This document shows positions 1 to 14,534 of a DNA stretch of 64,000 nt, one piece after another. The stretch's first letter is position 1. Each line of letters opens with the position of its first letter. A program made the translations under genes and the position numbers. Below the pieces are notes generated by a model. It had not been told where the DNA came from, made no database searches, and saw only the letters and a program-made list of their open reading frames with translations. The DNA is from Cenococcum geophilum (Eukaryota). The stretch spans positions 22,816,001 through 22,880,000 of the forward strand of contig CP158635.1 of assembly GCA_050273025.1 (NCBI GenBank). The letters are read 5' to 3'.

Positions 1-3000
1 GACTACTCCTTATTTACATATAGGGAGAAAACTCTATTTAAGAAAAATAAGAAAACCCCATAATCCATCTCCCCGCCTTTTAGGACTCGCCTACTTAGCG
101 CCTATAAGTCGCCTATAGTGCTCTACTACCTTACTATTTAACCTTTTTAGGAACCACTACTGCCGTAATAAGCCTACGGACGCGCTAGTATTACAAACTT
201 TTACTCTACTACTGTAGAGTTACTAGGGGGCACCTACTACTCGCCCCCTTGCCTTCTATTACTATTTCCCTTATAACCTAAAACTAATTTAGCACATTTT
301 AACTAATAAGCCACTAGGTAACCGCCTTAAGGCCTTTTTATATTAAGAGCAGTGTATTATAGTTCTCTATACTAGCTACTAAGAGCATTATTTCTTAATT
401 GGTGCATAAGGGGCATAGCAGTATTACGTGTTTTAGTATCTATCTTAGCCAGCTATATTTATATCTTAGGCTACTTACTAGGACACCCACCCAGTAAAGC
501 CAATCTTTTAGTCCTATTATTCCTATTCTTAAGAGTGTTACTATTATATTTTCTGCCTTTATTAGGCCTTCTTAAAGCCCTTAGGTATTTACCCCCTATA
601 GCGTTAACTATACTATAGCTTAGGTTTATCTTGCCTAAATTAGCCTCTATACCTTTAACTCCTATTTACCTCTTTAGCGTTAGTCTAACCAGTATTGCAT
701 TACGGTAGATAGTTTCCTAGCGTTCTTACGTATTCTACTTTAGCTCCTTTTTCTATCTTACTGTTATCTTTACTAACCTCTTACGCGTCTCCCTTCCTCC
801 TCTATATAGGCCTGGGCCCTAAAGCAACACTATTATTCTTTTACTTTCTTTACCTATTTCTCTAATATCTCTTCCCTACTTTAGGGTTATTGGTTTGTTC
901 TCCTATGGGGCACCCTAAGGTCCCTCTATAGTTTACTTAGGCGTGTCTTAATATACTTTATAACATTAGAGTTGCGTTTATTTTACGTCCTTTATATTGC
1001 AGCGGCTTTAATATATAACTATAGGGGGGGAATATTGGATTCCTTCTTAAGCAGTACTATGGCCGTTCGCTTATACCCGCCTATAATACTCTAAAGGTAG
1101 GCTATTTAGACCTTTTAAAGTGGTTTAAGGAGTAATTTTAGGGGGCTCTTCTTAGTTTCTTTAATGGCCCAAATACTAGATCTATATATTATGGTTAGCC
1201 AGACAACTGCTATATATAGTAGGTATAACCTCTAGAAGCATGGACCCTATATAGAATTAACAATCCTAGATAAAGCGATAAACTGTACTTAGCCTTTATA
1301 GGCCGCTTGCGCCGCATATACGCTCTACTAAAGCTTACTATCTACTTATACTTCTAGTACCCTTAGGCCCTAAACTGGTTAACCCCTAAAGCCTTAGATG
1401 CGAATTATATACTAAAGATCTATAGATTAGTTACGTTTTCTTATAAAATAGATTAGCTAGTATTTCTTTAGTAAGAATTAAACTCTATAACGTCTTGCCT
1501 ATTCTATATAAGTGTTATAAGCTTTCTCTAGTATTCTGCAATTCTTTATAGCTATTGGCCCGTATATAATTAGGTTTATATTGTTAACAAAGCCTATCCC
1601 TTAGGTCGCTTCTTTCTTAAAGGAGTTAAGTAGGTTGCTTATAAAGAAAAGGAAGAGTATAGGCGAGAGGGGTAATCCTTATAGTATTCCTGTTGCAACT
1701 GCAATAGGGGGGCTCTAGTATCCGCTAAAGACCAGTAATATTTCTTTCTGGCCTATAAACCCTTAGACAAATTATATAATCTATTCTAGGAAGCCCTTTA
1801 CCCTAAGGATATATAGGAGACGCTTATAGGGTATATTATTGTAGGCACCACTAATATCTAGGCTAAGTATTAATACTATAAAGTCCTTTCGCATCGCCTA
1901 TGTAGATTTAATGGTGGTAGCGAGTAGCGTAAGTGCTAATAGTGTTAAGCGGTTCTTTCTTGCCTCTATTTGGCTTTGTGGTAGTAGAGCGTATTCCTCT
2001 ACTATATCTACTATGCGTTCCGCTATTACCCTTTCTAAGATCTTACTAAGGGTATTTTCTAAAGCAATAGGGCGGTAGCTTCCTGGGATTAAGTAATCTA
2101 CTTTGCCTTTTTTTTGTAGGACAACAATTATTATAGATCTTCCGAGTTATAGGTAGTAGCCTATAGCAAAGCATACTCTAGCTATATCTATAAGCTAAGG
2201 TGCTATAAGTGGCCTATGGGTTTTTAGGGCCTTATTTAGAATCCTATCTAGTCCTAGTGCTATATTATTTAAAAGGCGGCTAATAGTTCTAGCCATTTCC
2301 TCTATTATTATGTCGCTATTAACCCATAGGCGAGTTACTGGTGTTTCGCCTATGATATTACTAAGGTCTGCTAGAGCTAGTTAGGGAAAGAACCTTTCTA
2401 TAAGGATCTTTACCTTCTTATTATTATTATTTATAGCCTATAATTCTCTTACTCTTTATAGGGGTAGTAGGTATAGGTCTTCTACTAGGCGCCCTGCCTT
2501 TTTCTTTACCTATTTCGCTATAGCCTAAAGGCCCTTATTATAGGGGAGGCTCGGGTTAGAAGTATACTCGTTTATAAACTATCTCCAGTTATTTCTTGCT
2601 TCTTTTTTTAGGGTATTCTTTAGCTAGTTTCTTATGTCTTTATATTATCTCTCGTCTTTAGGGTTATAGCTACTTATATATTTCCTTCTTGCTTATTATT
2701 AGCTAGTAACCAGAACTGCGCATTATATAGACCATATATATTACGTATAGGGGCCCAGTTTTAAGATCGGGCAGTACTCTTTTAGCCTATTTTTAATTGC
2801 TACCTAGATCCTTTCTAATCTTTGGTTAATTTCCTTGGGGGTAGCCAGTAAGCCTCGCTCGTTTGGTATTAGGTAGATTTCTTCTAGGTCTTAGAGTTGT
2901 TGTTTAACTATATTAAGGAAACTATTTGTTTTAAGCTTCCTTATTACGTATCTTTTTCTATTTAGTTACGCTTTAGTATCTAGGTCTAGCTATATCTAGA

Positions 3001-5074
3001 TAGGGATATAGTCTAGGGTAAGTGCCTATTCTTCTTTAGGGTTATACCTTTTAAGTCTCTAATATAGGCCTTTATCCATAAATATGAGGTTAATTATACT
3101 TCTGGCGGTGCCTTATTACCATATAATTACTCCTAGGGGGGTAGCTAGCTTAAGGCCCTAGATATCCATAACTCTTAGTAGGCACTCTAACTATTAATCT
3201 ACAGCAACATAGATACCCTTCTACCGCGGGTAGTAGAGGTTTATATCTCCTAATAGGATAGACTCTATACCTTCGGTTTCTAGTAAGCTTATTACTAATA
3301 TAATATTCTCTGTTTATAGGACCCCTTCGACCCTAGGGTTATATACATTAATAATTTATACTAGTCCCCTATATGTTTAGATTATTATAATTGCAATATC
3401 TAGGTTAACTGCCTGCTATAACTATAAGGATAGGCTAATAGCCTTACTAATTATAAAGTACACGCGTATAGCTACTTTTAGTTTATATAGGAGCTAGAAT
3501 CCTTAGGGGCAGTATATTGATTATATAAAGGTATTATAATACGGCTCTTATATAGCAAGGATATAGTATTTTTTTTAGGTCTAAACTGTCTAGTAGGGGC
3601 CTTACAAGGCGGTAGTTTATATTGCCGCAGTTATACTATATAATAGATAGGTGGCGGACCCCCGATAAGGGTCCTTTAACTCTCCTTTATTCCTTACTTC
3701 TTCTATTTCTACTTTCTCTAGGATATTTAGAGCTTCTATCTTTTATATCTACACCCTAGTTATTACTTATTTTGTATAAAGCTTTCTATTCCTGTGTCTT
3801 ATGTTCCTGTTAGCGCTTTTATATCTAAATCTATTATTATTACCAGTTCTTCCCCTGTTCTTACTAGTCAGCTATATACCCTTTATAGGTCGGCTGCGAA
3901 TATTATATTTGCCGCATTAAGTCTAATTCTTAATTATCCTAGTCTTAAGCCTACTATCGCTGTCCATAGGGGTCTTCCTACGGGGCGTCCTCTCCCTTAT
4001 ATCCCCTGTAACCCTTATATCCCTAATTAGTCTAGTAATATCGCACGGCGTCGCTTCTAGCCCGTTAAGGCTTAGGATGGCTAGCCTAGCCCTCTAGTAT
4101 TAAAGGTAGGAAACGCTAGAAAGGCACCTGCGTCCCCCTAGCTTATTACCTATTATTTCCATTTATATAACCTAGCGTATAGTTATTCCCATAGCTGTTA
4201 AGCCCTTGCCTTCCGTCTCCTATATTTAATGCAGTCTTCTCTCTCCTACGCCTTATGTATGCTTCGGTAGCAGTTCGCGCATTTTATTTAGTCTTAATTT
4301 AAGCAATATCTCGTATTATAGGGGCCTATACAGTGGCCGTAGCACACCTGTGCTGCGTATATAGATTAGGTATATCCCTATTATATATAGCAATAGTATT
4401 ATTTTAAGCGTAGTCTATAGTTATAGAGCCTTATATTATATATAAGGCCATTTATAATTATTCCTTTTTAGATAAGGAGTTTTTATATTCCTGGTGTATA
4501 TATACTAATAATAAGGGAGCTATGCGTTTGTCCGGCGTCTTCCTAGCAAGTCTTTAGCAACCCTTATATCCTCTTATTATTCCTATTATATACTTAGTTT
4601 ATATTTTCCTATTAAAGCTATTAGATTTGGGTGATTTTAAGTCCTAGTATAAGGCGTTCCATTTGTCTTACTATCTCCTATATAATTGCTGTGTTATCCG
4701 CCTAGCGTCCCTTTTCTACCCTAAGGCTTATAGAAACCGCTAGGACTTCGACTAGGTAATCCTTACGGAGTACTTTTATACTAATACGTTCTCCTAGCCT
4801 ATCCCCTACCCTTACGGCTCGTTCCTTTACCTATTAGTCCTTTAGGGTAACTCTAATGTCTCCGCTTTTAAGGTATTGGACTATAACAGTGTTATAGACC
4901 TCTTTACGTATCTCTATAAGGACTTCTATTTCTAATTATCCCCTAAGCCCCTCTACTTATTCTATATTTAGTCGTATTATAATTATATACCCAGTTATTA
5001 ACTTAAGGGGGGTAGGTTCCCTATGCTATAAAAGCGCAGCTACGGCGGCCCAGGTGCGGTTCGCTAGTAAGGGG

Positions 5075-5286
5075 TATTATAGCACTGGCAGAACCTGGCA
5101 GAACTTGGTAGAACTTCGCGGTTACGTGACTAGAAGACCGCATAAAAAGAACCCTACTTTGACCAGCGCTGCTCTTCTTCTCCTTTCCTTTCCCTAGCTT
5201 TAGATCCTTGTTTATAGACTACTAATTGTATAGGCTTGCGCGTCCCTCTTACTGTGCTCGTGCCTTAATTAACTGAGTTACTAACA
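5075..5286 (+). repeat. 5' LTR of Gypsy copy 1 (U3 type A)
   Basis: Direct repeat of 10735-10946; ends ctaaca and contains 10-bp ggcagaac(c/t)t repeats. Confidence 0.95.
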
Positions 5287-8200
5287 TTATCTAAAGCTTA
5301 ACTACCCTTTCTTCCTAAGAAGGAACTTAAATATATCTACGGACCATAAACTAGAATAGAATATAGAATTAGACCTAAAGAATATTACCAGAACTAGAAG
5401 AATAGAAAAGAATAATAAGACCTATAGAATATGTATAGACTAGAACCCCTGCAGAATCCTACTAAAGATTACCCTAATAACTATACCACGATGCTAAGAA
5501 ATATAGTAGCCGGTAAAGCAGCCGCAGGACCCTTGAATACCTCCGATGGTAAAATAGCAACTAACTTAAACTCCTAAGTGGAGCTTATAGTAGCTAATGC
5601 CGAAATTAAATAACTTTAAGAGCTGCTTAAAGCTAGAGAACCCCCTACGCCTAGTGAGGAATCATTAAATACCTAAAGACTTGCTATAGTTTTTAAGGCT
5701 CTAGCCTAATATATAGCATTAGTATTGTCGCGGTCCGTAAAGGTTGCGGACCCCCTATTGCTTATAGACGGAACCAACCCTATATTTGATAATTGGAAGC
5801 TTTAATTATAGGATAAGCTTAAAGTTAATGCGGACTACTTCCCTACTACTTAGGCTAAAATGGCCTACGTCTTCGGCCGTACCGGTGGGGACGTATAGAC
5901 GCACCTACGTCCGCGGTACGTATAGGACTTAGTAAAGCCCTTCCTCTTTAAAGAAGAGATGATTATCTACCTGTCTTTTATTTATAAGGACCCCTTTAAA
6001 GTATAGAACGCCCGACTTAATTATAAAAGCCTAAATATAAAAACAACAGAGACCTTCTTAGCCTTTTAGACCCGCTTTCTGCACCTAGCTGGCTAGGCTT
6101 AAATTCCCTAGGAAGATCTAATGCTAGACGTATTTAACAAGCTTACCCTAGACCTGCAGCGAGCCGTACTGTTAGTTTTTACTACTATATAGACGCTAAA
6201 GGAACTTACAGACTAGTGCTTGGCTATTAACTAAGGCCTCCGCTGAATTAAGGCATGTGCTAAATGGTATAAAGCTAGAAACCCTTTAAATTAGACTATA
6301 AGTAATATAAGAATGGCCCGTAATGCCCTAGTATAATTAGCAACCCCTACAGCACTACCCGTACAGCCTACCGCTAATTTAGTAGCTAGCCGTGTGGCTA
6401 GCCCTGCTATGGGTCTGGCGAATGCTCGGCCTATATATAGTAACCCCCGTATATAGGCCCTTAGTAATTAAGGAGCTTGCTTCTCTTGCGGATAGAAAGG
6501 TTACTGTGTAAAGGATTACCTAATAAACGCGAAAGCGGATAAGGTTCTATTAATCTAGGAGGATAGTATAAAGTTGGAAAAAGAGGAACCCTAGAGGAAG
6601 ACTCCTTTTTAGGGTTAAAAGGGATTAATATATTAGATGTTAATCTAGGTTAGCTAGTTAATAAAAAAAGCTGCACTATCCCTTATACTTTATTCCGTAA
6701 TAGATACTAAGTTTTAACCTCTGCTTTAGCTAACTCTAGAGTAAATACCTTTGCCTTAATAGATACCTAGTGTGCCGTAAAGCTGGCTAACTTTCTAAAT
6801 GTACCTATTAAAGAACTGCCTAAACTAATTCCTATTTATGGGTATAATAGGCGGATAGAACCACCTATTATAACTATCTTACGGATTTACCTCCGTGTTA
6901 ATAGATAAAGGTAGTATAATGCCCCCTTCCTTATTACGGACCTAGGTAGCTATAATATAATCTTAGGGCGAAAATAGCTAGCCTATTTAGGCTTATAGCT
7001 TAATATATAGAGTAGACGGCTTACCTAGCCCAAAACCCTACCCCTAACCCCTTCCTTTATAAAAGAAATTAGCATTATAATGGAAAACCTTATACGGCCC
7101 TAGATTAATACTATTTACTAGGCTGATGCTGTGCGTAGGGATTAGGCCTTTAAGAAAGATATATAGCTTAATTTGCAACGGATCTGTATACTACGTTACC
7201 CCCAGACTACTTATGTCACGCCACCCGCATTAAAGACCTAGGAAGTTAGTAGTGACCTAAAAAAGCCCCCTATAGAGAGCTTAGGCCCTATATAGCTACG
7301 AAGAATAGTAAGGGATGTTAGACGTTATACTAAACTAATAGATTAGAGGGATAACCTGCGAAAGATAAAATAGGAGCTAAGAAAGATTATAAACCCTAGA
7401 CTGTAAAATATGGTCCGGAAAACGGCTATAAGGAAACCAGCGGACCTCCTACTAGTTAATGTCTGCTGTATTAGTGCCGTAGGATTCTACTAGAACTTAG
7501 TTTAGCCTAATACCGTCGCCTTTATAATAAGCTTATACGAAATTAATTAAATAATTAAGGAAAAGGGAAATAAGCTTAGCGGATAAAAAAGCGAGCTTAT
7601 AGATAAGGATCTAGTAGAATAAAAGCTGCCCTATTAATACTAGAAATTTAAGGACGTATTCTTTAAAGTAGTGTCTAATATACTTTTACCTTACTAACCG
7701 TATAACTATAAGATTGAGATTAAGCAGGGCAAAAAAAATACCCTTAGCTTTAGCCCCCTCTATAAGCAGTCTATTACCGAATTATAGGCCATAAAGTAGT
7801 ATCTTATTAATAATCTAAATAAGGGCTTTATTGAGCCTAGCTAAGCCCCTTTCGCCTTACCTATTCTCTTTATTAAAAAGCTAAATAGAGGACTCTATTT
7901 CTGCATTAACTACTATAAGCTAAATAATATAACCCGCAAGGATCGCTATCCGCTACCCCTACTTAATAAGACTCTAGCCTAAATAAGTAGAGCTAAGGTC
8001 TTTATAAAGCTTAATATCCGCTAGGCCTTTTACTAAATTAGGATAGACCCTAGGTCTAAAGATTTTACTATATTTTAGACCTGTTACGAAATATATAAAT
8101 ATAAAGTGCTCCCTTTTAGACTAACTAATAGACTAGCTATGTACTAGCGGTACATAAACAATATACTCTTTAACTACCTTAACAATTTCTATACGGCCTA

Positions 8201-10734
8201 TTTAGATAATATTATAATCTACTTTAAGAATAAGCTAGAACACAAGGAGTATGTCTATAAAGTCTTATAACAGCTCCGCAAGGCTAGCCTCTAGGTTAAC
8301 ATTAAGAAGTTGGAGTTTAGTATTAAGCGTATAAAGTACCTAGGTTTTATTATTAGTATAGATGGAATTAAAACTAACCTAGAGAAAACGGCTGTAATTA
8401 ACTAGTAGGTACCCCTATGGACCGTAAAGGGGGTACAATCCTTTTTAGGGTTTTGTAACTTCTACCGACGCTTTATTAAGAACTACAGTAGAATTGCCCG
8501 GCCTCTTAACCGTCTTACTAGAAAAGACTAGCCCTTTCACTTTAACGCCATATATAGGTAGGCCTTTAATGAGCTTAAGAAACGGCTAGTATTGGCTCCC
8601 CTACTTGCCCATTTTAACCTAGAACGGCCCTTAATACTAAAAACTAATACCTTAAACGGCGCAATAGCTAGTATTTTTTCCTAAAAGCAACCGGACGGAA
8701 AGTAGCACCCTATTATATACTATTTAAAGACTATAATAGATGCTAAGCTAAATTACCACATCTATAATAAAGAAATGCTAGCTATTATCTCTAGCTTTTA
8801 GCACTGGCGTATATAGCTAAAGGGGACCCCTAAGCCGATTAAGGTAGTTTTAGATTATAAGGCCCTAGAATACTTTATAACAACTAAGGCCTTACGGCCT
8901 GGTAGGTACGCTAGGCGGATACCCTATCTTAGTTTAACTTCTTAATTATATATAGACTAGGCGCTATAAACTGTGCGGATGCTCTTATAAGGCGTAAGCA
9001 AGACCTAGATAACTAGACGGCTATAAAGATCTTACTACGGACCTAGACGCTACTATAACTAGAATACCTTAACCTCTAGATATAGGTAGAACTAAGTACG
9101 GACTCCTTAGGCGCCGAGATATGTTTTGTTAACTCCTCTGAACTTAACCTTATTAATAAACTACTATAGGCTAACTAAACAACCCCCTCTCTATAGGAAT
9201 ACTGTAAAAAGGTAAAGAACATTACTAGCCTATAGTCCCTTAAAAATGGACTACTTAAGTACTAGGAATGGCTAGTAGTAGCTAAGGAATAGAACTTACG
9301 GACCTAGCTTATTGCTAAAGCTTATGCCTAGGTTTTTACAGCCTACCCTAGAAAAAATAAAACCCGTAAGATTATTGGTGACCGCTATTACTGGCCCAGA
9401 ATAATTATAGATATTAACCGTTATATACAGAACTGCGATAGCTACTATAGATCTATAATTCCACGAGATAAAACCCTAGGACTATTAAAACCTCTCCTAA
9501 TACCTAACCGCCCCTAGTAGTATATCTCTATAGACTTTTATAAGCTACTAATAGACCGCGACGGATATGATATGGTTATGATTCTAGTTAACCGCTTTAG
9601 TAAGCGCCCGTTCTTAATTCCCTGTTATAAGAATATTAATGCTAAGGAGGCGGCCTAACTATATATCTACTACGTCTACCGCATTTACGGACCACTAGAT
9701 ACTATTATATCCGATTACAGCCTATAATTTATATCGGCCTTCTAAAACGAGTTTACCTAGATCCTAGGTATTAGGCTAAAGCTCTCTATAGCATACCACC
9801 CCTAGATAAATAGCTAGACGGAGATTATAAATTAATATTTAGATTAGAGACTCCGGCCTTTTATTAACTACTTTTAGAATAACTAGGGCAAACTGCTACC
9901 CCTAATAGATTACGCCTAGGCGACCCTACCCTATAACTCTATAGGATTTACACCTATCTAACTAGAAATAGGGTATTTACCCTAAATAAGCTTTAACTAG
10001 GATAGACTAAAAGGACTATAGATTGTATGCAAGAAACTGTCTTATAAGGAAGCCTAGCAGTACGCCAAGCGCTTAGAGGAAGCCTAGATAGTAGCCCGTA
10101 TAAATCTAGAAAAGGCCTAGAAATTAATGGAATAGTAGGCAAATAAGTATAGGCGCGAACCCGACTTTACCGTAGGTGATATAGTCTAGGTTATAATAAA
10201 GAACTAGAAGACGGAACGGCCTAGCTATAAGCTAGACTATTAGATAGCGGGACCGTATAAGGTCCTTAAGAAGATAGGTAACTTATATAAAGTAAAGCTC
10301 CCGGATTTAATTAAGGTTTACCCCGTTTTCTTACTAAATAAGCTATAGAAAGCTGTGAATGACCTATTACCTAGATAAAAGAACAAACCTCCCCTACTAA
10401 TTTAAGTTAATAGCGATAACGAATGGGAAATTAAAGAAGTACTAGCCTATAAACTAGTAAGGAAAACGCTAAAGTACCGCGTTAGTTGGAAAGGCTATAA
10501 CCCAGATCCTACCTGGTACCCTATATAGAACTTTATTAGCAGTCCCTATAAGCTTTAAGAATTCTATAACCGCTACCCTAATAAACTAGGACCCCTAAAG
10601 TACCTAGATAAGTGGATAGAGTGCTAGTATAGCGAAGATAATAAGCTACTGAAAGAACATAAAGATAAGAACGCCCTATAAGTATAATACGGACTATAAA
10701 GCCTGAGGGCAGGCTTTTGCGGAGGGGGGGGTAA

Positions 10735-10946
10735 TGTTACGGCACTGGCAGAACCTGGCAGAACTTGGCAGAACTTCATGGTTACGTAACTAGAAGACCG
10801 CATAAAAAGAACCCTACTTCGACCAGCGCTGCTCTTCTTCTCCTTTCCTTTCTTTAGCTTTAGATCCTTGTTTATAGACTACCAATTATACAGGCTTGCG
10901 CGTCCCTCTTGCCGTGCTCGTGCCTCGATTGACTGAGTCGCTAACA
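10735..10946 (+). repeat. 3' LTR of Gypsy copy 1
   Basis: TGTTAC...CTAACA, preceded by a polypurine tract. Confidence 0.95.
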
Positions 10947-13900
10947 GGGGGGGTTATACTTATTTTTAATTTTACTTAGCCGTTAGAGGATTTAATTAAG
11001 GGTTTACTAGAGGGGCGCCTAAGGTTTACTAAACTAGCGGAGCCATTCTACTAGCTATATTAGTTCGTTATGGCTAACGGTTACTCCCCCGCAATTTTAG
11101 ATACTAGACGCATCTAATAGGCTTTATATTTTGTTAGATGCCTTCTTAATAGAGGTATTTCCGCTTTATGGTATAGTATTCGCCTATCTTTATTATAGAG
11201 GGCCATTGCTAGGCGTAGTTCTAGCGGTCGCGCGCAAGTGCGAGCCACCGTCATTTGACGTGTGCCTCCCCTGCGATGCATGTATCTTAGGGGGATTCTC
11301 TAGGTGTTTTTCAGGGTTCTTTTAGTTGGTTTTAGTCTTTTTAGGCCGGGTGCAGCAAGAGCTCCTTATAAAAATTTTCGTTAGGATCTTTAGTATTATT
11401 ACTAACTTTATATATCTAAATAGCGGAAGACTATATTCTAGAGAGTTATTACTTCTAACTTAATAAAGACTTGTTTAGAGTGCCTTTAACTACTCTTTAA
11501 TAAACTTTAAAAAATCTAATATAGCCTTACTAAAACTTACTAAAATGAGAATAGCTTAAGGGACTAGGTTATCTTAGTATGCTATAGCGTTCCTAAGTAC
11601 AACTTGGCGCTATATAAACCTATAAATACGTTTAAAGGAGTATATACTAAGCTATACTCCGCTATAGGTACTGCGATATAAATATAAGAATCTTAATAAT
11701 TTTATACCAAAAACCCTACCTAACTAAGTATTTCCGACTAATATAATTATAACTAGACTAATTAAATATATAGTGGCCGCGGTAGGGAATACGGAAGAGG
11801 GTATAATTAACGTTAACTATAAGGTAATTATGGAGGTCCTTATAGAGGTTTATTTTAAAGTAATTACTAAAAGAAATATTACGTTTATAAGAAGCTAAAT
11901 TACTAGTTAACTAGATACTCCCTTAATAAGCAAAAAGAGGTATATAATAAGTTCCGTTAGAGTATAAGAAATGTTAGAAATTATAAGGTTACTATAGCCT
12001 ACTTCTAAAGCTTTTTAGTTTAATATAAAGGCGTAAAAGACCTTAAGGGTAAGGTTAATAAGACTAAACAGCTCCTTATAGATATAGAAATTAAGGACTA
12101 CTTACCTAACCAATACTTTACTAAGTATGGTAAGGTAAATAGCATATAAACTATTGCTGTCCTTAATAACTAATCTACGCTCTATTCTATTATAAAGTTA
12201 GATATCTTTAATAAGCTAAAGGAGAGCTTTACGTTTTCCTTTAATAACAGATACTTAGCGAATATCTTTTATAGTATTATACCGGATACTAGAGCCGCAG
12301 GAGTATCTATAGCAAGAGAACCTTAAGTTCGAGCCCTTTAGCAGCTTAATAGCTCTATTTAGATTAACTATTTAACGGCAGGCTAGTATACGATTTGTTT
12401 TAGTAAAGGTATTATAATCTCTCTCGGCATAATTAGGGTTTAAACCCCCTTAGGGTACATTAGTTTTTATATTATTCCTATAAATACTCCGTTTCTATTT
12501 TACATTAAAGATATAGATAAGTTAGGCGTTAGGCTTAATAACTTTAAGAATATACTTATTTAGGGAGATAATTAGGTGCCTATTATACGCAAGTAGGGTT
12601 ACCCCTAGTTGCTCCTTTATTAACTAGAAAAGAGTATTACTTAGAGCTACTTAACTAAGTCGGAATTACGCCAACTATACCGTCGTTTTGGCCACCTATC
12701 TATTTATTAATTACTTAGGGTTCTTTAGCAAGTAGGCTATAAAGTTAAGGTTAAGGTAATTAAGCATTTTATAAAGTATTACTATTACTGCTAAATAAAC
12801 CAGAAGTCCCCTAGCCGATTTAAGTTTACCCTTAAGGATGACTACAACTTTAACTTCTATATTATTATTAACGTTATATATCTTAGCGGTAAGCTAGTAC
12901 TCTAAGTTATTAATTTCTTAACCTCCTTCTAAGCCGCGCGTTTCTTAAAAGATATATTAGCCAGAAACGCATAAGAGACCCTTTAGTTATACTGGATTAA
13001 TATCTATTTAAAACCCCCTAATTAAATCGTCTATAATGTAGAAAAGAACTTCTTATTTATAGAGTTTTAATAACAGATAAAGGCAATAGCAATTAAGGTT
13101 AAGGAAGTCCCTATTAAGGTATATAATAGTATTAGAAAAGTAGAATAATATTACGCGCTATTACGCTGTGTATATAAGATTATCTTTTTAGAACTAAAGG
13201 ACGCTAGTGAAAAACTTACCTTGCAAATAGCTGTTAAAGCTATTAATAATTCTGCTGGCCTAGATAGACTCGTACCTATATTGCTAGTCTTTAGCGCCTA
13301 CCCTTAAATAACTAACGATTCTCTACTATCTCCCTCTGTTATATAATAAGCTGAGGCTATTCATAAGGTAATAAAGGAGGTGTAATATCTCTACGCTATA
13401 CGCTAGGTTAATAATGTACTAGGAATAAGAAATAGCCTAAATACCTTAACTATGCTTAATCTGCCACTCTAGTCTAAGGTACGCATATAGCGTAAAAAGG
13501 GAGGATAGTTAGGCCTATACTAACTTATTATAATTAATGGTTAAACTTATACTATTTAGATGCCTTACGGACCTACTTAATTCCGTTTAACTGTTATTAA
13601 GCCTTACTATAAAAATAATAATTCTGAGCCTTTATAGGATGCCTTAGAAGATGCCCTAAAAGAGAACTACAATTAATATACTCTAGAAGGCGACTATAAT
13701 CCTAATATAATTGTAGTAGATACGCCATAACTACGACACGGTAGAGGTCGCCTAAAGGGATCACGAAATCGCCAATATTTTATTAATTTTAAAGAATAAT
13801 TTGTTGCCGCTATTAAGAATAGAGTTAAGTTATTAATGGCCTTTATAACAGCTAAGGAGAAGGCTGACTTTAAACTCGTAAAATAGCTTTAAAAGGAAGG

Positions 13901-14534
13901 TCGTATTATAACTCTAGGAGCTCCTTTTTAAGCATCCGATAAGTAGGAGATCGATAGTCTTATTATAAGAGGAGTCTTTAAATTTAAGAAGTATAACCCT
14001 ACTAAGTTTAATAGAGTTCGCATCTTTAAGTTAAGAATGGTTAACGAGATTAAGGGCAAAGCTACTAACGCCCTATTTAAGAAATTAAGGCTTATTATCT
14101 AAGGCTATAACAACAATAGTAAGAAGGTAATTCTTACGTAGTCTCCTATAATTTAATGAGCTAGTTAGTAAGTTATTATTGCGCTAGCTTCCTCCTTAAT
14201 AAAGAATAGAATGGCGGTTTATTTATAAGATATTACTTAAGCCTATACCCAATCAGAGACGCACCTTTAGCGCTTAATATTAGTATACCTTCTAGAGCAA
14301 ATTCGCTACCAGTATCCTAAAGATACGATTATGGTTGTGCTTAAGCTATTATATGGGATCGCAGAGGTAGGAACTTACTGGTGGGCTACCTACAGCAAGC
14401 ACTATAAAGAGAAGCTTTTGATAACTACTTCTATATTTAAGCACTATAAAGAGAAGCTTTTAATAACTACTTCTATATTTAATCCCTGCTTCCTTATTAC
14501 AACTACAGGAACTCTATTTAGAATCGTCGGTATA

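Larger units (their letters stand above)
5075..10946 (+). mobile_element. Full-length Ty3/Gypsy chromovirus LTR retrotransposon (copy 1), RIP-inactivated
   Basis: 212-bp LTRs at 5075-5286 and 10735-10946, PPT ggagggggggg at 10721-10731, and a 5-bp TSD (agggg/ggggg). RT motif AYLD(D>N)IIIY at about 8195-8220, then RNase H, integrase and chromodomain (EWEIKEVL...YRVSWKGY..DPTWYP, about 10420-10520). Confidence 0.95.
1..11370 (-). mobile_element. Tad-like LINE (non-LTR retrotransposon), RIP-inactivated, interrupted by a Gypsy element at 5075-10946; 3' end lies just before the window
   Basis: Minus-strand RT motif LSLDISGAY(D>N) at about 1840-1870, APE endonuclease motif ILLGD(M>I)NL(HH>YY) at about 3230-3260, and a KCANC zinc knuckle of ORF1 at about 4260-4290. 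Base 1 aligns with about 62235 of the second copy. The 5' boundary is approximate. Confidence 0.9.
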
